Below, one piece after another: positions 9,805-21,114 of a stretch of 64,000 nucleotides of DNA. Both the position numbers and the translations under genes were made by a program. How positions within the stretch are numbered: position 1 is the first letter of the stretch; each line of letters opens with the position of its first letter. The notes under the pieces are model-generated. The model made no database searches, was not told the DNA's origin, and saw only the letters and a program-made list of their open reading frames with translations. This stretch comes from Spirochaetota bacterium (GTDB lineage Bacteria > Spirochaetota > Spirochaetia > Treponematales > Rectinemataceae): the NCBI GenBank assembly GCA_022704665.1, contig JAKJFY010000001.1:1686-65685 (forward strand). Reading direction: 5' to 3'.

Positions 9805-11475
9805 ATGCTTGAACCATTAAAAATAAATGCGAATTGGAAAGGCAGACCGGGGCCATTAGTTCTTATGATAATGGATGGCGTCGGTTATGGCGCTTACAAA
9901 GAAGGCGATGCAGTGCTTGCAGCAGATATGGAGCATTTTAGAGAGCTTGAGGCTAGCTGCCCAACAACGCAGCTTAAGGCTCATGGAACTGCCGTAGGCC
10001 TTCCCTCCGATGATGATATGGGAAACTCGGAAGTAGGTCACAATGCTATAGGTTGCGGTCGAGTTTTTGCGCAAGGTGCGCAGCTTGTCAATATTTCGAT
10101 TGAATCTGGAGCAATATTTGAAGGAAGAGTCTGGAAAGAGCTTATTGCCAATATAAAAGCTACTGGAGGGACTCTGCACTTTATTGGCCTTTTCTCAGAT
10201 GGAAATATCCACTCGCACATCGATCATCTAAAAGCCATGCTCGTTCAAGCACAAAAAGAAGGTGTCAAGCGAGCGCGAATACATATCTTGCTCGATGGGC
10301 GGGATGTTGGAAGCCAGAGCGCTCTTGAATATGTGCTTCCTTTTGAAGATTTTCTTGAGAAATTTCGGAATCAAGGAGCAGATTATCGCATTGCTTCTGG
10401 AGGCGGAAGGCAATATATAACGATGGATCGTTATGGTGCCAATTGGCAGATTGTCAAGCGCGGTTGGGATTGCCATGTTAGAGGCATCGGAAGGCAATTC
10501 GCCAGTGCGGAAGACGCAATTCTGACTTATCGAAAGGAGATTCCAGGCATTATCGACCAGGATATTCCTGAATTTGTCATCGCTGAAAATGGTAAACCCA
10601 TTGGCACAATAGAAGACGGAGATTCGGTAATATTCTTCAATTTCAGAGGTGACAGAGCGCTCGAGATTACAGCAGCCTTCGAACAGGACAATTTCGACAA
10701 ATTTGATAGAGTCAGATGGCCAAAGGTATATTATGCAGGCATGATGCAGTACGATGGAGATCTAAAAGTTCCTGCCAATTTCCTGGTGTCACCGCCCGCA
10801 ATCGATAGAACGCTCGGGGAATACCTAGCTTCCACGGGCCTAAAGACACTTGCCATCTCAGAGACACAGAAATATGGCCATGTAACTTATTTTTTCAATG
10901 GCAATAGGTCTGGAAAATTTTCGGAAGAACTCGAAGATTATATCGAAATACCAAGCGATCGCGTGCCATTCGAGCAGAGGCCATGGATGAAATGCGCTGA
11001 AATAGCAGATTATGTCGTAAATGCTATCGAAAAAGGCCCATATAGCTTTATTCGCCTCAATTTTCCAAATGGCGATATGGTAGGCCATACAGGAGTCTTC
11101 CAAGCTGTAGTATGTGGCCTGGAAGGAATGGATATACAGCTAGGCAGAATACGAGAGGCCGTGGAAAAAGCGAAAGGCATTCTTGTTATTACAGCCGACC
11201 ATGGAAATTCTGATGATATGTATGAGCACGACAAGAAAACAGGGAGGGTCATTTTGGACTCCAATGGCAAGCCAAAAGCAAAGACAAGTCATTCGCTCAA
11301 TCCTGTTCCTTGTGTGATCTACGACCCGCAATATCAGGGTGAGTACAAAAAAGAATTGAAAAATGGTCTGGGAATCTCTAGCTTGGCTGCAACATGCATC
11401 GAGCTTTTAGGCTACGTACCGCCAGAGGATTATGATCCATCGTTGCTGGATATGTCTATGAAGCAAGAGGGATAG
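9805..11475 (+). CDS. gpmI: 2,3-BPG-independent phosphoglycerate mutase
   Basis: MGNSEVGH, DGRD, NFRGDR, ETQKYGHVT, DMVGHTG, TADHGN. Confidence 0.97.
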   Translation: MLEPLKINANWKGRPGPLVLMIMDGVGYGAYKEGDAVLAADMEHFRELEASCPTTQLKAHGTAVGLPSDDDMGNSEVGHNAIGCGRVFAQGAQLVNISIESGAIFEGRVWKELIANIKATGGTLHFIGLFSDGNIHSHIDHLKAMLVQAQKEGVKRARIHILLDGRDVGSQSALEYVLPFEDFLEKFRNQGADYRIASGGGRQYITMDRYGANWQIVKRGWDCHVRGIGRQFASAEDAILTYRKEIPGIIDQDIPEFVIAENGKPIGTIEDGDSVIFFNFRGDRALEITAAFEQDNFDKFDRVRWPKVYYAGMMQYDGDLKVPANFLVSPPAIDRTLGEYLASTGLKTLAISETQKYGHVTYFFNGNRSGKFSEELEDYIEIPSDRVPFEQRPWMKCAEIADYVVNAIEKGPYSFIRLNFPNGDMVGHTGVFQAVVCGLEGMDIQLGRIREAVEKAKGILVITADHGNSDDMYEHDKKTGRVILDSNGKPKAKTSHSLNPVPCVIYDPQYQGEYKKELKNGLGISSLAATCIELLGYVPPEDYDPSLLDMSMKQEG

Positions 11476-11482
11476 GGCAATA

Positions 11483-12046
11483 ATGCAGACTCCAGAATAT
11501 GCCCACAACATGGAAATAGAGCTTAAGGCTCGGATTCAGCGAAGAGAGGAGGTTGAATCTCGCCTTTCAAGTTTTATGCACTATATGGGAACCATAAATA
11601 AACTAGACGAGTATTGGGAAGTTTCGAATACAAACTCAGGAGATTCTGGAGGTTTTCGGTTCCGCGTTCGTCATGAATTGGATAGCACTACTATTACATT
11701 TAAAGAGAAGACCTTCGATGGAAATGTAGAAGTCAACCATGAATTCGAGTTTCGCATTGATGGTGAACCCGCTTTCAAGGCCTTCATAGAAAAAATGCAT
11801 GCACATTTAATCTACCAAAAGCAAAAGAAAGGCAGCCGTTGGGAGGATGGAACAGGCTTGGTTGCCGAGGTCGTCGAAGTATCCTCTCTCGGTCTGTTTC
11901 TTGAAGTCGAATACATTAGCGATAATAAAGTTGCAGGAGATGAACAAGAAAAGGCCAAAACGCGTCTATATAATGTAATCGATCAATGCGGAATCTCAAG
12001 AAGCGCTCTTGAGCCAAGGCCGTATTCGCAATTATTAGGGTACTAA
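11483..12046 (+). CDS. CYTH-family protein (class IV adenylate cyclase/triphosphatase-like)
   Basis: EIELKA, RFRVR, ITFKEK, GLFLEVE, RPYSQLL. Confidence 0.88.
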   Translation: MQTPEYAHNMEIELKARIQRREEVESRLSSFMHYMGTINKLDEYWEVSNTNSGDSGGFRFRVRHELDSTTITFKEKTFDGNVEVNHEFEFRIDGEPAFKAFIEKMHAHLIYQKQKKGSRWEDGTGLVAEVVEVSSLGLFLEVEYISDNKVAGDEQEKAKTRLYNVIDQCGISRSALEPRPYSQLLGY

Positions 12047-12067
12047 AAGCCGAATCAACAAGAACTT

Positions 12068-12141
12068 TGGGCGCTGACGGATTTGAACCGCCGACCTACT
12101 GGGTGTAAACCAGCCGCTCTGACCAACTGAGCCAAGCGCCC
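12068..12141 (-). tRNA. tRNA-Val(TAC)
   Basis: Cloverleaf GGGCGCT...AGCGCCCA, anticodon loop TTTACAC, T-loop TTCAAAT. Confidence 0.96.
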
Positions 12142-12506
12142 AAACTATCCACTTGTGCAGCGGCTGAACACTAGCATAAGGCAGCCAAATAAGTCAAGCA
12201 AAATGATCTTAATGGAAGCGAATCATTGGCTTTGGGCATGACATATGCGATACCAAAGAAAAACTCCATTTCGATAAATAGCTGGAATTCAAAAGAGCGT
12301 TCTCAATATTGAATCTGTCCAAGCAAATAAATGTGAATTCGTATCAAGCGCGCGATTAACTCTTCATTCTCAAGAGAAGATGAGGAGGCAGACTCGAAGA
12401 ATCCTTGCCGAATAGCCTTAATTTTTCATACATTTATAATGCGGGATCTTATTCCGCAATGCAAACATCAATATATTTTCATTATAATTCTATTAGGTGG
12501 TACAAT

Positions 12507-14855
12507 ATGTCGGCAAGCGAGCTCATACCAATAGATCAAATTCTGCCTGGTAAGCTGCCCATAATAACTCTCATAGGAAAACCAATATTCCCTGGAATCT
12601 TTACGCCAATAATGGTTGGCAAGGAGCCGGACATTCAGATTGTGGAACAAGCGATATCAGCTGATGGGATGATCGGTCTTGTACTTCAAAAAGACGATTC
12701 TGATGAGCCATCCTCGAATAATCTATTTCATGTAGGCACTGCTGCAAAAATCATAAAAAAGATCAATCTTCCAGACGGTGGTATCAACATCTTTATTTCC
12801 ACATTTAAGCGTTTTAAGATCAAGAAATTCATCTCCAAAGAGCCACCGATAATTACGGCAGTCAATTACCTAGACGACGAGAATTATGATAACGACGAAG
12901 TCAAAGCTTTGACTCGCGCTCTTATAAGCGAGATGAAGCAACTCAGCGAAAACAACCCGCTTTTCTCTGAAGAGATGCGCCTCAACATGATCAATATTGA
13001 CAACCCTGGAAAGATTGCTGACTTCATCACAAGCATACTCAATATCGAGAAAAAAGATCAGCAAGATATTCTAGAAACTTTGGATGTACGTGAGCGAATG
13101 GAAAAGGTCCTTATTCATATCAATAGAGAAAAGGAGCTTTTCAGGATTCAGAAAAAAGTCCAGACGGAAATCAACGAAAAAATCGAAAAAAGCCAGCGAG
13201 AATACTTTCTGCGCGAAGAGCTCAAGGCTATCAAACAAGAACTTGGAATGGCTCCGGATGCGCGAAGCTCAGACTATCAGCGCTTTAGGGATAAGATCGA
13301 TTCATTTCAGCTCGAAGGTGAGATCAGGGAAATCGTCGAGCAGGAACTCGAAAAATTCAACCTCATGGAGCCTTCTTCTAGTGAATACATGGTCACTAGA
13401 AATTGGCTCGATCTTGTATGTTCTCTGCCCTGGAATACATCGATTACAGCCGATTTCGATATCAAGCATGCAAAGAAAGTGCTCGAAGAGGACCACTATG
13501 GTCTACAGGATGTCAAGGATCGCATAATAGAATACCTAGCTGTGCGAAAGCTTAAAAAAGACACGCGCGGAACAATTCTCTGCCTTGTTGGACCTCCAGG
13601 CGTTGGCAAGACGAGTATTGGGCGATCTGTGGCGCGAGCTTTGGGTAAGCAATTCTTCAGATTCTCTGTAGGAGGAATGCGCGATGAGGCTGAGATAAAA
13701 GGACATCGGAGGACCTATGTTGGGGCCCTGCCAGGCAAGATAATCCAAGGTCTCAAGATTGCCAAAAGCCGAGACCCTGTATTTATGATCGATGAGATAG
13801 ACAAAATGGGTATCTCCTATCAGGGAGATCCATCGAGTGCTCTGCTAGAAGTGCTCGATCCAGAACAGAATTTTAGCTTCAGAGATCATTATCTCGACCT
13901 GCCTTTCGATATCTCGAATATCTTTTTTATCGTCACTGCGAATACTCTGGATACTATTCCCAGGCCGCTGCTCGATAGAATGGAGGTGATTCAGCTTCCT
14001 GGTTATGTGGATGTTGAAAAGATCGAAATTGCGCGGCACTTTCTTATCCCGCGAAGTCTCGAAAGAAATGGCCTTGCAAAGAATCAAGTGAAGTACACGC
14101 GAGATGCTTTGCTCGCAATCATAGATGGATATGCTCGCGAGGCTGGAGTGCGTAATCTCGAGAAGTCTCTCGACAAAATACATCGTAAAATCGCAAAGAG
14201 TATAGTTATCGAGAATAGACAAGAAGAAAAATTCAAAATAGATAAGCATGCGGTAGAAAAATACCTAGGTAAGCCCATATTTCGCGACGATGAGCTCAAG
14301 CGTGCCAGTAGGCCGGGTATGGCGATTGGGTTGGCTTGGACAAGTTTAGGAGGGGATACTTTACTCATCGAAGCCGTAGCTAACCCAGGCAAGGAAGGAT
14401 TCAAACTAACTGGTCAGATGGGGCCTGTAATGCAGGAATCGGCAGGAATAGCCTACACTTATGTAAGGAATATCGTTGCCCAGAAGTATGGAATCCAAGC
14501 TGAATTTTTCGAATCTAGGCAGATACACCTTCATATCCCAGAGGGAGCCACGCCAAAGGATGGACCTTCTGCGGGCATTACAATGGCCACTGCTCTTCTT
14601 TCGCTAGTGCTAAACAAGAGAATAAGAGATAGATTGGCGATGACTGGAGAGCTGAGCCTTACGGGTCAAGTTCTTCCTGTTGGAGGATTGCGCGAAAAAA
14701 CCGTTGCGGCAAAGCGCAACAAAATAAAGGAAATAATAATACCGGCCGCAAACGAAAAGGACCTGGATGAAATTCCAGAACATGTCAAGAAAGGGCTTGT
14801 ATTTCATCCAGTATCTCGGATGGAAGAAGTTATCGAAATAGTGTTTGGCTCATGA
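12507..14855 (+). CDS. lon: ATP-dependent protease La
   Basis: Lon N domain, [21 protein letters not shown] catalytic Ser; start moved to MSASEL after AGGTGG. Confidence 0.97.
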   Translation: MSASELIPIDQILPGKLPIITLIGKPIFPGIFTPIMVGKEPDIQIVEQAISADGMIGLVLQKDDSDEPSSNNLFHVGTAAKIIKKINLPDGGINIFISTFKRFKIKKFISKEPPIITAVNYLDDENYDNDEVKALTRALISEMKQLSENNPLFSEEMRLNMINIDNPGKIADFITSILNIEKKDQQDILETLDVRERMEKVLIHINREKELFRIQKKVQTEINEKIEKSQREYFLREELKAIKQELGMAPDARSSDYQRFRDKIDSFQLEGEIREIVEQELEKFNLMEPSSSEYMVTRNWLDLVCSLPWNTSITADFDIKHAKKVLEEDHYGLQDVKDRIIEYLAVRKLKKDTRGTILCLVGPPGVGKTSIGRSVARALGKQFFRFSVGGMRDEAEIKGHRRTYVGALPGKIIQGLKIAKSRDPVFMIDEIDKMGISYQGDPSSALLEVLDPEQNFSFRDHYLDLPFDISNIFFIVTANTLDTIPRPLLDRMEVIQLPGYVDVEKIEIARHFLIPRSLERNGLAKNQVKYTRDALLAIIDGYAREAGVRNLEKSLDKIHRKIAKSIVIENRQEEKFKIDKHAVEKYLGKPIFRDDELKRASRPGMAIGLAWTSLGGDTLLIEAVANPGKEGFKLTGQMGPVMQESAGIAYTYVRNIVAQKYGIQAEFFESRQIHLHIPEGATPKDGPSAGITMATALLSLVLNKRIRDRLAMTGELSLTGQVLPVGGLREKTVAAKRNKIKEIIIPAANEKDLDEIPEHVKKGLVFHPVSRMEEVIEIVFGS

Positions 14856-14869
14856 TAGAATCATGAAAC

Positions 14870-17065
14870 ATGGCGCTCCTACCTTTTTTCTGTGGAAAAG
14901 ATTGCGGAGGAGATGCTTGTCCCCTTTTGGCCGAAGTTGAAGATGGCAATATAAGGGGCATGCATCTCAACCCAGCTGCAGGTCAGTATATTAGGCCCTG
15001 TGGCAAGGGCTTTCGAGCCCACCAAGATCATGTCTCGCCAAAAAGATTGAAGACTCCTCTTCTGCGAACAGGGCCAAGAGGCTCAGGCCAATTTCGAGAA
15101 ATAAGCTGGGATGAGGCCTTGTCACTTGTCGCACAAAGACTTAATGAAATCCGATCCGAAAGCGGGCCAGGCTCTGTTCTATGTATAGCGAGCAGCGGTT
15201 CGACTGGGGCATTTCACAATAGTCAAACTCTAGCTCGTCGCTTTTTCAATTCGATTGGTGGATGTGTAAATGTTGAGGGAAATTATTCATGTAATGCTGC
15301 AACTTTTGCGCTTTCAAGGCTTTTTGGAACATCGAAGAGAAATAGTGGATTTGATGCGGAAACAATTCGCCATTCGAATTTCATAGTTCTCTGGGGCTCA
15401 AATCCATTCGAAGCAAGGCTTGGTGCAGAACTGCCTGCTTATTTAATTGAAGCAAAGAATAGGGGAGCGCGAATTATCGCTATCGATCCGCGGCGAAGCC
15501 TTTCTGCAAGGATTTTAGACGCCGAATGGATTGGCATACGTCCAGGCACAGATGCTGTTCTAGGCTATGCTCTTTTGTTCGAAATACTTCAAGATGCGCG
15601 ATTCGATCAAGAATTCATCTCCAAATATGCGATTGGCTTCGAATTGCTAGCAGATTATGTGCTTGGTAAAACTGATGGAATTGGAAAAGACGCTCTATGG
15701 GCAAGCTGTATCTGTGGTGTCGATGCTAGGGCGATCGTGAAATTGGCCTCCTTTTTCTGGGATGAAAAGCCAGCGATGATAATTCCGGGTTATTCTATTC
15801 AGAGGGTGGACTATGGCGAAGAAGCTTTTCGTCTAACCGTAGCCATACAACTTGCAACTCGCAATAGCGGCATGCTTGGTGCGTCCACAGGATCGATCAA
15901 CAATTGCCTTCCTGGGGTCAAAGTTGGGACCTTAGAGGAATTGCCTTCTAGTCTGACTAAGCAAGGCTTGACTAGGGAGGGCTTGACTGGAGAAGCCTGG
16001 CTATGGAGGGATAAAAATATATCTCTAGGAACAGAGTCAAGATTGTTCAAAAAAAGAGTGCCTGTTCTTCGCTGGGCTGATGCCGTGCTCAATCCATCTT
16101 CCTACGGGCTTGGACCTATTAGGGTTCTATATTCGGCTGGAGGGAACTTTCTTAATCAAGGCGCAAATGTGACAAAAAATATCAGAGCCTTCGAGAGTGT
16201 TGATTTTGCCGCGTGTAATGAACTGTTTCTCACCCCTACAGCCAAGTACTGCGATGTAATTCTGCCTGTTTCGGATGCTTTCGAAAAGGAAGACATAGGT
16301 ATTCCATGGGCAGGCAACTATGTACTCTATAAACCTGAAATATGCAGAGCATTGCCCAATACGCATTCGGACTACTGGATTTTTTCACAGTTATCCGAGC
16401 GTTTTGGCGCTGAGTCTATCTTTACAGAAGGGAGAACTGAATCCCAATGGATAGATTATTTTCTTTCTGAATCGGAAATTGCCAATATAGATGCTTTTAA
16501 GCGCCATGGGATCTTCCTCAAAAAAGGGCAATTGCGGGCTGGGCTAGACGATTTCTTTGCCGATCCCGTGGATCATCCAATCGGAACGAAAAGTGGCAAG
16601 ATAGAATTTGCAAGCCCTTTATGGAATCCAAGCATGGCATTGCATTGGCAAGGCTTGATAAATCGATGTTCTAGAAAAGAATCTTGCAGAGAATTTTGGC
16701 TTCTGACTCCAAAAGTCTCAAGGTTTATCCATTCTCAACGTATAGAGCAAGAAGATCGATCCGAATGCGCCCAAATTCATATCCATCCCGAAGACATGGC
16801 ATCTATTGGTGCTCGAAAAGGCGAAAACCTAAAGATTTGGAATTCAAATGGAGCGCTTGTCGCTTCAGCAATACCCGATCTCTGGGTTCAGCCAGGTACT
16901 GTATGGATTGAAGAAGGCATCTGGACAATGCCTATCGATGGGGTTGATCTTTGCGGAAACCCCAATATGCTCACTTCAGATAAAGGGACGCTCGAGAGCA
17001 TCTCGAACATCATGCATGGGATACCTATACAGATAGAGCGTGTTGCTGGACCAAGCAGTTCATGA
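14870..17065 (+). CDS. Molybdopterin (bis-MGD) oxidoreductase catalytic subunit, DmsA-like, no Tat signal
   Basis: N-terminal CGKDCGGDAC...C Fe-S motif, RLKTPL, ISWDEAL, IRPGTD, TAKYCDVILP, C-terminal molydopterin-binding domain. Confidence 0.88.
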   Translation: MALLPFFCGKDCGGDACPLLAEVEDGNIRGMHLNPAAGQYIRPCGKGFRAHQDHVSPKRLKTPLLRTGPRGSGQFREISWDEALSLVAQRLNEIRSESGPGSVLCIASSGSTGAFHNSQTLARRFFNSIGGCVNVEGNYSCNAATFALSRLFGTSKRNSGFDAETIRHSNFIVLWGSNPFEARLGAELPAYLIEAKNRGARIIAIDPRRSLSARILDAEWIGIRPGTDAVLGYALLFEILQDARFDQEFISKYAIGFELLADYVLGKTDGIGKDALWASCICGVDARAIVKLASFFWDEKPAMIIPGYSIQRVDYGEEAFRLTVAIQLATRNSGMLGASTGSINNCLPGVKVGTLEELPSSLTKQGLTREGLTGEAWLWRDKNISLGTESRLFKKRVPVLRWADAVLNPSSYGLGPIRVLYSAGGNFLNQGANVTKNIRAFESVDFAACNELFLTPTAKYCDVILPVSDAFEKEDIGIPWAGNYVLYKPEICRALPNTHSDYWIFSQLSERFGAESIFTEGRTESQWIDYFLSESEIANIDAFKRHGIFLKKGQLRAGLDDFFADPVDHPIGTKSGKIEFASPLWNPSMALHWQGLINRCSRKESCREFWLLTPKVSRFIHSQRIEQEDRSECAQIHIHPEDMASIGARKGENLKIWNSNGALVASAIPDLWVQPGTVWIEEGIWTMPIDGVDLCGNPNMLTSDKGTLESISNIMHGIPIQIERVAGPSSS
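15951..16010 (+). repeat. In-frame degenerate 15-bp tandem repeat, 3-4 copies
   Basis: gtctgactaagcaag/gcttgactagggagg/gcttgactggagaag/cctggctatggaggg, encoding LTKQG-LTREG-LTGEA. Confidence 0.6.
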
Positions 17066-17096
17066 TTCAGATCTAGTTCTTTAATCGAGAGCTCCC

Positions 17097-18191
17097 CTAT
17101 ACACGCGTAGCGAATTGCAGAGCGGCTATGGCAGCGCCCATCATGGAGATGTCGTAATTCTTTACGATTAGAACTGGCGTTCTACAGAGCACATCGCGAA
17201 TATGCGGAGCATAGTTCTTTTCGAACCATCGCATGAATCTTGCCTTTTCGATGAGCCAGTCTTCGTTTTTTGAGGATATACCGCCTGCAAGCCAGACTCC
17301 GCCTGCAGGCAAGAAAATAGACACGAGATTTGCAGCCTTGAGCGCATATAGCCGAACGAATAACTCCATAGTCAAGCCGCAAAATGAATCAGACTTAGCA
17401 TTTTTTGATATATAAGCCGGCCATTCAGATCGCGCGAGACTAAGAATATTTCGAGCAGTCTCGGAAAGGCCTTCTTTCAGCGCTTTTTGTGGTATTTCGT
17501 AGTCATCGCCCACAAGATTTATGGCAATATCTTCCGAGCAAATGAATTCGAAGATATTTGCAATGCCCTGGCCAGAGATAGCTAGTTCAGCACCTGGCGC
17601 ATAATCATATCTCTTCCGAAGCCACGCGCCAAAGGAATCGCTCAACTCATCGAAACAGGGCAATTCAGAGTGACCACCTTCGGAGGGAAAGGCCATCGCA
17701 CTTTCGCCTCTTCTATGAACAAAGCCCACACCAAGACCTGTCCCAGCCCCAATGACAAGCATAATGCCCTCGCTAGGTTCATAGGTGGATCCATCTGGAT
17801 GTGGAAGCTGCGTAACTGCACTTCGATCTTTATGATCGAGAATAGTGACCGCATAGGAAAGAGCCGTGAAATCATTTATCAATCTGACTGGTACTCTAAG
17901 GAAATCAGAAAGCTCCGAGGCTTTTATACTCCAAGGAGCATTGGTGAGCTGAATGCTATTATCGAGCTGAACAGGTCCAGCTCCTGAAATACAACAAAGG
18001 TCTATTTTATCGTAAGATTCGCGCACGCGCCTTGATTCGAGAAAACGCTTTATCGGATCCAGGAGGGATTTTTCATTTTTGGTAGAAAATTGTGCTTTTT
18101 CTACTAATTCAATGCCCGACTCATCTTGTCTGGCTAAGGCTAGATTGGTGTTTGTCCCTCCAACATCGCCAACGAGGAATAATTTGCTCAT
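17097..18191 (-). CDS. glk: Glucokinase
   Basis: GDVGGTN, LTNAPW, LINDF, GAGTGLG, SEGGH. Confidence 0.93.
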   Translation of the reverse strand: MSKLFLVGDVGGTNTNLALARQDESGIELVEKAQFSTKNEKSLLDPIKRFLESRRVRESYDKIDLCCISGAGPVQLDNSIQLTNAPWSIKASELSDFLRVPVRLINDFTALSYAVTILDHKDRSAVTQLPHPDGSTYEPSEGIMLVIGAGTGLGVGFVHRRGESAMAFPSEGGHSELPCFDELSDSFGAWLRKRYDYAPGAELAISGQGIANIFEFICSEDIAINLVGDDYEIPQKALKEGLSETARNILSLARSEWPAYISKNAKSDSFCGLTMELFVRLYALKAANLVSIFLPAGGVWLAGGISSKNEDWLIEKARFMRWFEKNYAPHIRDVLCRTPVLIVKNYDISMMGAAIAALQFATRV

Positions 18192-18212
18192 TCTTATACT
18201 ATAGCGAAGAAA

Positions 18213-19304
18213 TTATCTCGGTGAAACAGCTAGCCTATTCTTTGAGGAGTTTTTCAAAAGCGTCATGATTTGGGTGTTTCTGAGAAAACGTCCGTTCTCG
18301 GAATCGAAGATTTCCAGATGCAGATGGTCTCCTCCTCCTTTCTTGCGAGCATTTATGCCTGTATTTCCTCCATGACCGATCGGCTGACCCCTCAAGAGAA
18401 TATCCCCTTTTTCTACAAAGAGATCATAGAGATGGAAATATAGATAATATCGATGCTCTTCAGGCGAGTATACAATTACGCCATTGCCTGATTTTGGAGA
18501 GATTCCGCCCTTGATATATGATAGAGCCGTGCTCTTTCTAGGAAATCCTAACCATCCGCTTTCTGCAGCGACTACAAGGCCATCGCTCAAGGAATGAATA
18601 ATAGGGCCTCGCTGAATATTCCAAGAAAGATATTCTACGTTTTGAAGGAAAATATCTAGCGCGAATGTATGCGAATAGTCGAGTTCATTGAGTCGAGGCA
18701 ATGAGGAAAGACCGGGAAGCGTTACATTGCCATTCCATGCTTCAGAATTGCTCTCGAACCATTTTGTAGGAAAGGGGAATGAATTGCTTTTCGATATATG
18801 GTAAAAGACATCGAAGAATGCTTCATATCTGGTTCGAAGGGCATTCATCTTTGGATGTAAGGATGCAATGCGATTATAGGAGAGTTTTGCGGGGAAGGAT
18901 ATTCCATCGAGATTTTGATATTCTTCTGAATCTTCATCATCGATTAGCATTGCGAGGACATGCCCAGAAGATGGAAAGAACAAAGAAGCCATTTTTCTAT
19001 TGTCTAAATCCATAGTTATGCCCTGAATGCATAGAGTGGATGCTAAATTTTCAATTTGTTCCATCGATAGCAATGAAAGCTCATTCTCATTTAGCATGGA
19101 GAGGTTTTGATAAAAATCGTTCTCCATAAATGACCGCTCATTTTGATTGCGGCAGGTTGCTTTTTCAGAAAGCAATATAGGCCTCGCGTCAGAATAAGGA
19201 TTAAGAGAAAGCATCGCGCAACGAAGGGCCAAGAAACAAAGGATCGATAGAGTTGAAATGGTCACAAGTTTAATTATTCGAAAACCCACAGACTTGCCTT
19301 TCAA
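18213..19304 (-). CDS. M23-family metallopeptidase, exported
   Basis: HTFALD (HxxxD), GNGVIV, YFHL, GNTG, DHLHLE. Confidence 0.85.
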   Translation of the reverse strand: MKGKSVGFRIIKLVTISTLSILCFLALRCAMLSLNPYSDARPILLSEKATCRNQNERSFMENDFYQNLSMLNENELSLLSMEQIENLASTLCIQGITMDLDNRKMASLFFPSSGHVLAMLIDDEDSEEYQNLDGISFPAKLSYNRIASLHPKMNALRTRYEAFFDVFYHISKSNSFPFPTKWFESNSEAWNGNVTLPGLSSLPRLNELDYSHTFALDIFLQNVEYLSWNIQRGPIIHSLSDGLVVAAESGWLGFPRKSTALSYIKGGISPKSGNGVIVYSPEEHRYYLYFHLYDLFVEKGDILLRGQPIGHGGNTGINARKKGGGDHLHLEIFDSENGRFLRNTQIMTLLKNSSKNRLAVSPR

Positions 19305-19352
19305 GTTAATTATTCGCGATCGGCATTGCTTGCGGATCAGAGCTATTCTTGG

Positions 19353-21101
19353 TCATATGCGATGCGAATCGACCATCGCAGTAATTGCCTGCTCTATTAG
19401 AGATATTTTCTTTCGAGTGATTTCTTTGCTTAGGCAAAGCTCAGCGCTATGATCGTGGCAAAGGATGTAATACTTTATTTTTGGTTCAGTGCCAGAAGGC
19501 CGTACCGTTAGCAGCGTACCATCTTCGAGGCGCCATTGGATTACATCGCTCTTAGGCAGATCGATTTTGCGAATTCTACCATTTCTATCCCATTCGGTAC
19601 CTGCTTTGACATCTCGAATACAGATTACGCTAAGGCCGCCAAATTGATCGGGCTGCTGCTTTCTATAATCTTCCATGATGCTATTCATTATTCTCATGCC
19701 TTGTTCTCCTTCAAAATAGAAGCTAAGCCCTTTTTCCTCGTAATAGCCGTACTCCTTATATAGATCTTCGAGGCGGTCGAGGAGGCTTTTGCCCTGTGAT
19801 CGCCAATAAAGGGTCATTTCAGCGGTTAGTGCGGCTGCGGAAATGCCATCTTTGTCTCTAACTTCCTTTTCGATTAGATGGCCATATGATTCTTCAGTTG
19901 CGTAGATAAAATCGTAATTCTCGGTCTCGAAGCGCCGCATAAGATCTGCAATCCATTTGAATCCAGTTAGGCATTCGAAGCTATCTATGCCATATTTCTC
20001 AGCTATGGCCTTCTGTAGTTCAGTGGTAACAATGGTGCGAATAGCTGCTGGTCTAGGTGGCATCCTGCCGAGCTCCTTAAGGGTAAGCGCAATGTAGTCG
20101 AGATGCAATGATCCGAGCTGATTGCCTGTCACCAATACAAATTCTCCTGTCTTGTCTGGTACGGCAATACCAAGCCTATCGGCATCTGGGTCGGTAGCCA
20201 TTACTACATCGGCATGAGTCTTCTTGCCTAGCTCGATTGCCATCGCAAGTGCAGCTGATTCTTCAGGATTGGGGTAGGATACAGTCGGGAATTCGCCATC
20301 CGGTTCGCGTTGTTCTGGCACAGTAAGGACATTCAAACCAAGCTCTTTCATTATACGCTCGAATAGCATTGCTCCTGTGCCATGAAGAGGAGAGTAGACG
20401 ATATTGACCGATTTACCCATTTCGGAGAAAAGATAGGAACGTAAGAGATGGGATTTCACCATGGCGACATAATCATCGTCGATCTCTTGGCCAATCTCCA
20501 CCAATAGCCCTTTTGACAAGGCCTCTGTTTTGGAGATTTGCTTTGCAGACTTTACTTTTAGGACCTTTTCGATAATGCCGCTATCATGCGGAGGCACAAC
20601 CTGAGAACCATCGTTCCAATAAGCCTTGTAGCCGTTATACTGAGGAGGATTATGGCTAGCAGTTACAACTACGCCCGTGTCAGCTCCAAGCTTTCGAATG
20701 GCGTATGATAGCACGGGAGTGGGCTTGAGCGATGGGAATATATACGCCTTGATACCATTGGCTGCGAAGACCAAAGCCGTTGACAATGAAAACTCCTTGG
20801 ATTTTCTGCGAGAATCATAGGCAATGCATGCAGAAAGCTGCTTTTGAGGGAATTGTTCCTTAATGTAGTCGCATAGTCCCTGCGTTGCTCGCGTAACCAC
20901 CAATGTATTCATTCTGTTGAAGCCACCGCCTATTAAGCCGCGCAGTCCTCCTGTACCGAATTCCAAATCTCTATAGAAGCGGTCTTCGAGTTCCTTCCAA
21001 TCGCCTTTCTTAAGAAGTTCTTTTATCTCATCGGAAAAAGATGGATCGGTTTCATTCGCAATGTATTCCTGGGCTCTTAAAATTATTTCTTCGTGATTCA
21101 T
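19353..21101 (-). CDS. pgm: Phosphoglucomutase/phosphomannomutase
   Basis: FGTGGLRG, TASHNP, DPDADR, RPSGTEPKIK. Confidence 0.93.
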   Translation of the reverse strand: MNHEEIILRAQEYIANETDPSFSDEIKELLKKGDWKELEDRFYRDLEFGTGGLRGLIGGGFNRMNTLVVTRATQGLCDYIKEQFPQKQLSACIAYDSRRKSKEFSLSTALVFAANGIKAYIFPSLKPTPVLSYAIRKLGADTGVVVTASHNPPQYNGYKAYWNDGSQVVPPHDSGIIEKVLKVKSAKQISKTEALSKGLLVEIGQEIDDDYVAMVKSHLLRSYLFSEMGKSVNIVYSPLHGTGAMLFERIMKELGLNVLTVPEQREPDGEFPTVSYPNPEESAALAMAIELGKKTHADVVMATDPDADRLGIAVPDKTGEFVLVTGNQLGSLHLDYIALTLKELGRMPPRPAAIRTIVTTELQKAIAEKYGIDSFECLTGFKWIADLMRRFETENYDFIYATEESYGHLIEKEVRDKDGISAAALTAEMTLYWRSQGKSLLDRLEDLYKEYGYYEEKGLSFYFEGEQGMRIMNSIMEDYRKQQPDQFGGLSVICIRDVKAGTEWDRNGRIRKIDLPKSDVIQWRLEDGTLLTVRPSGTEPKIKYYILCHDHSAELCLSKEITRKKISLIEQAITAMVDSHRI

Positions 21102-21114
21102 GATGGCTCCTTAA

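Noticed and set aside
12405-12506. N-terminal extension of Lon from TTG 12405
   Set aside because: AT-rich promoter-like sequence; a better start with RBS at 12507
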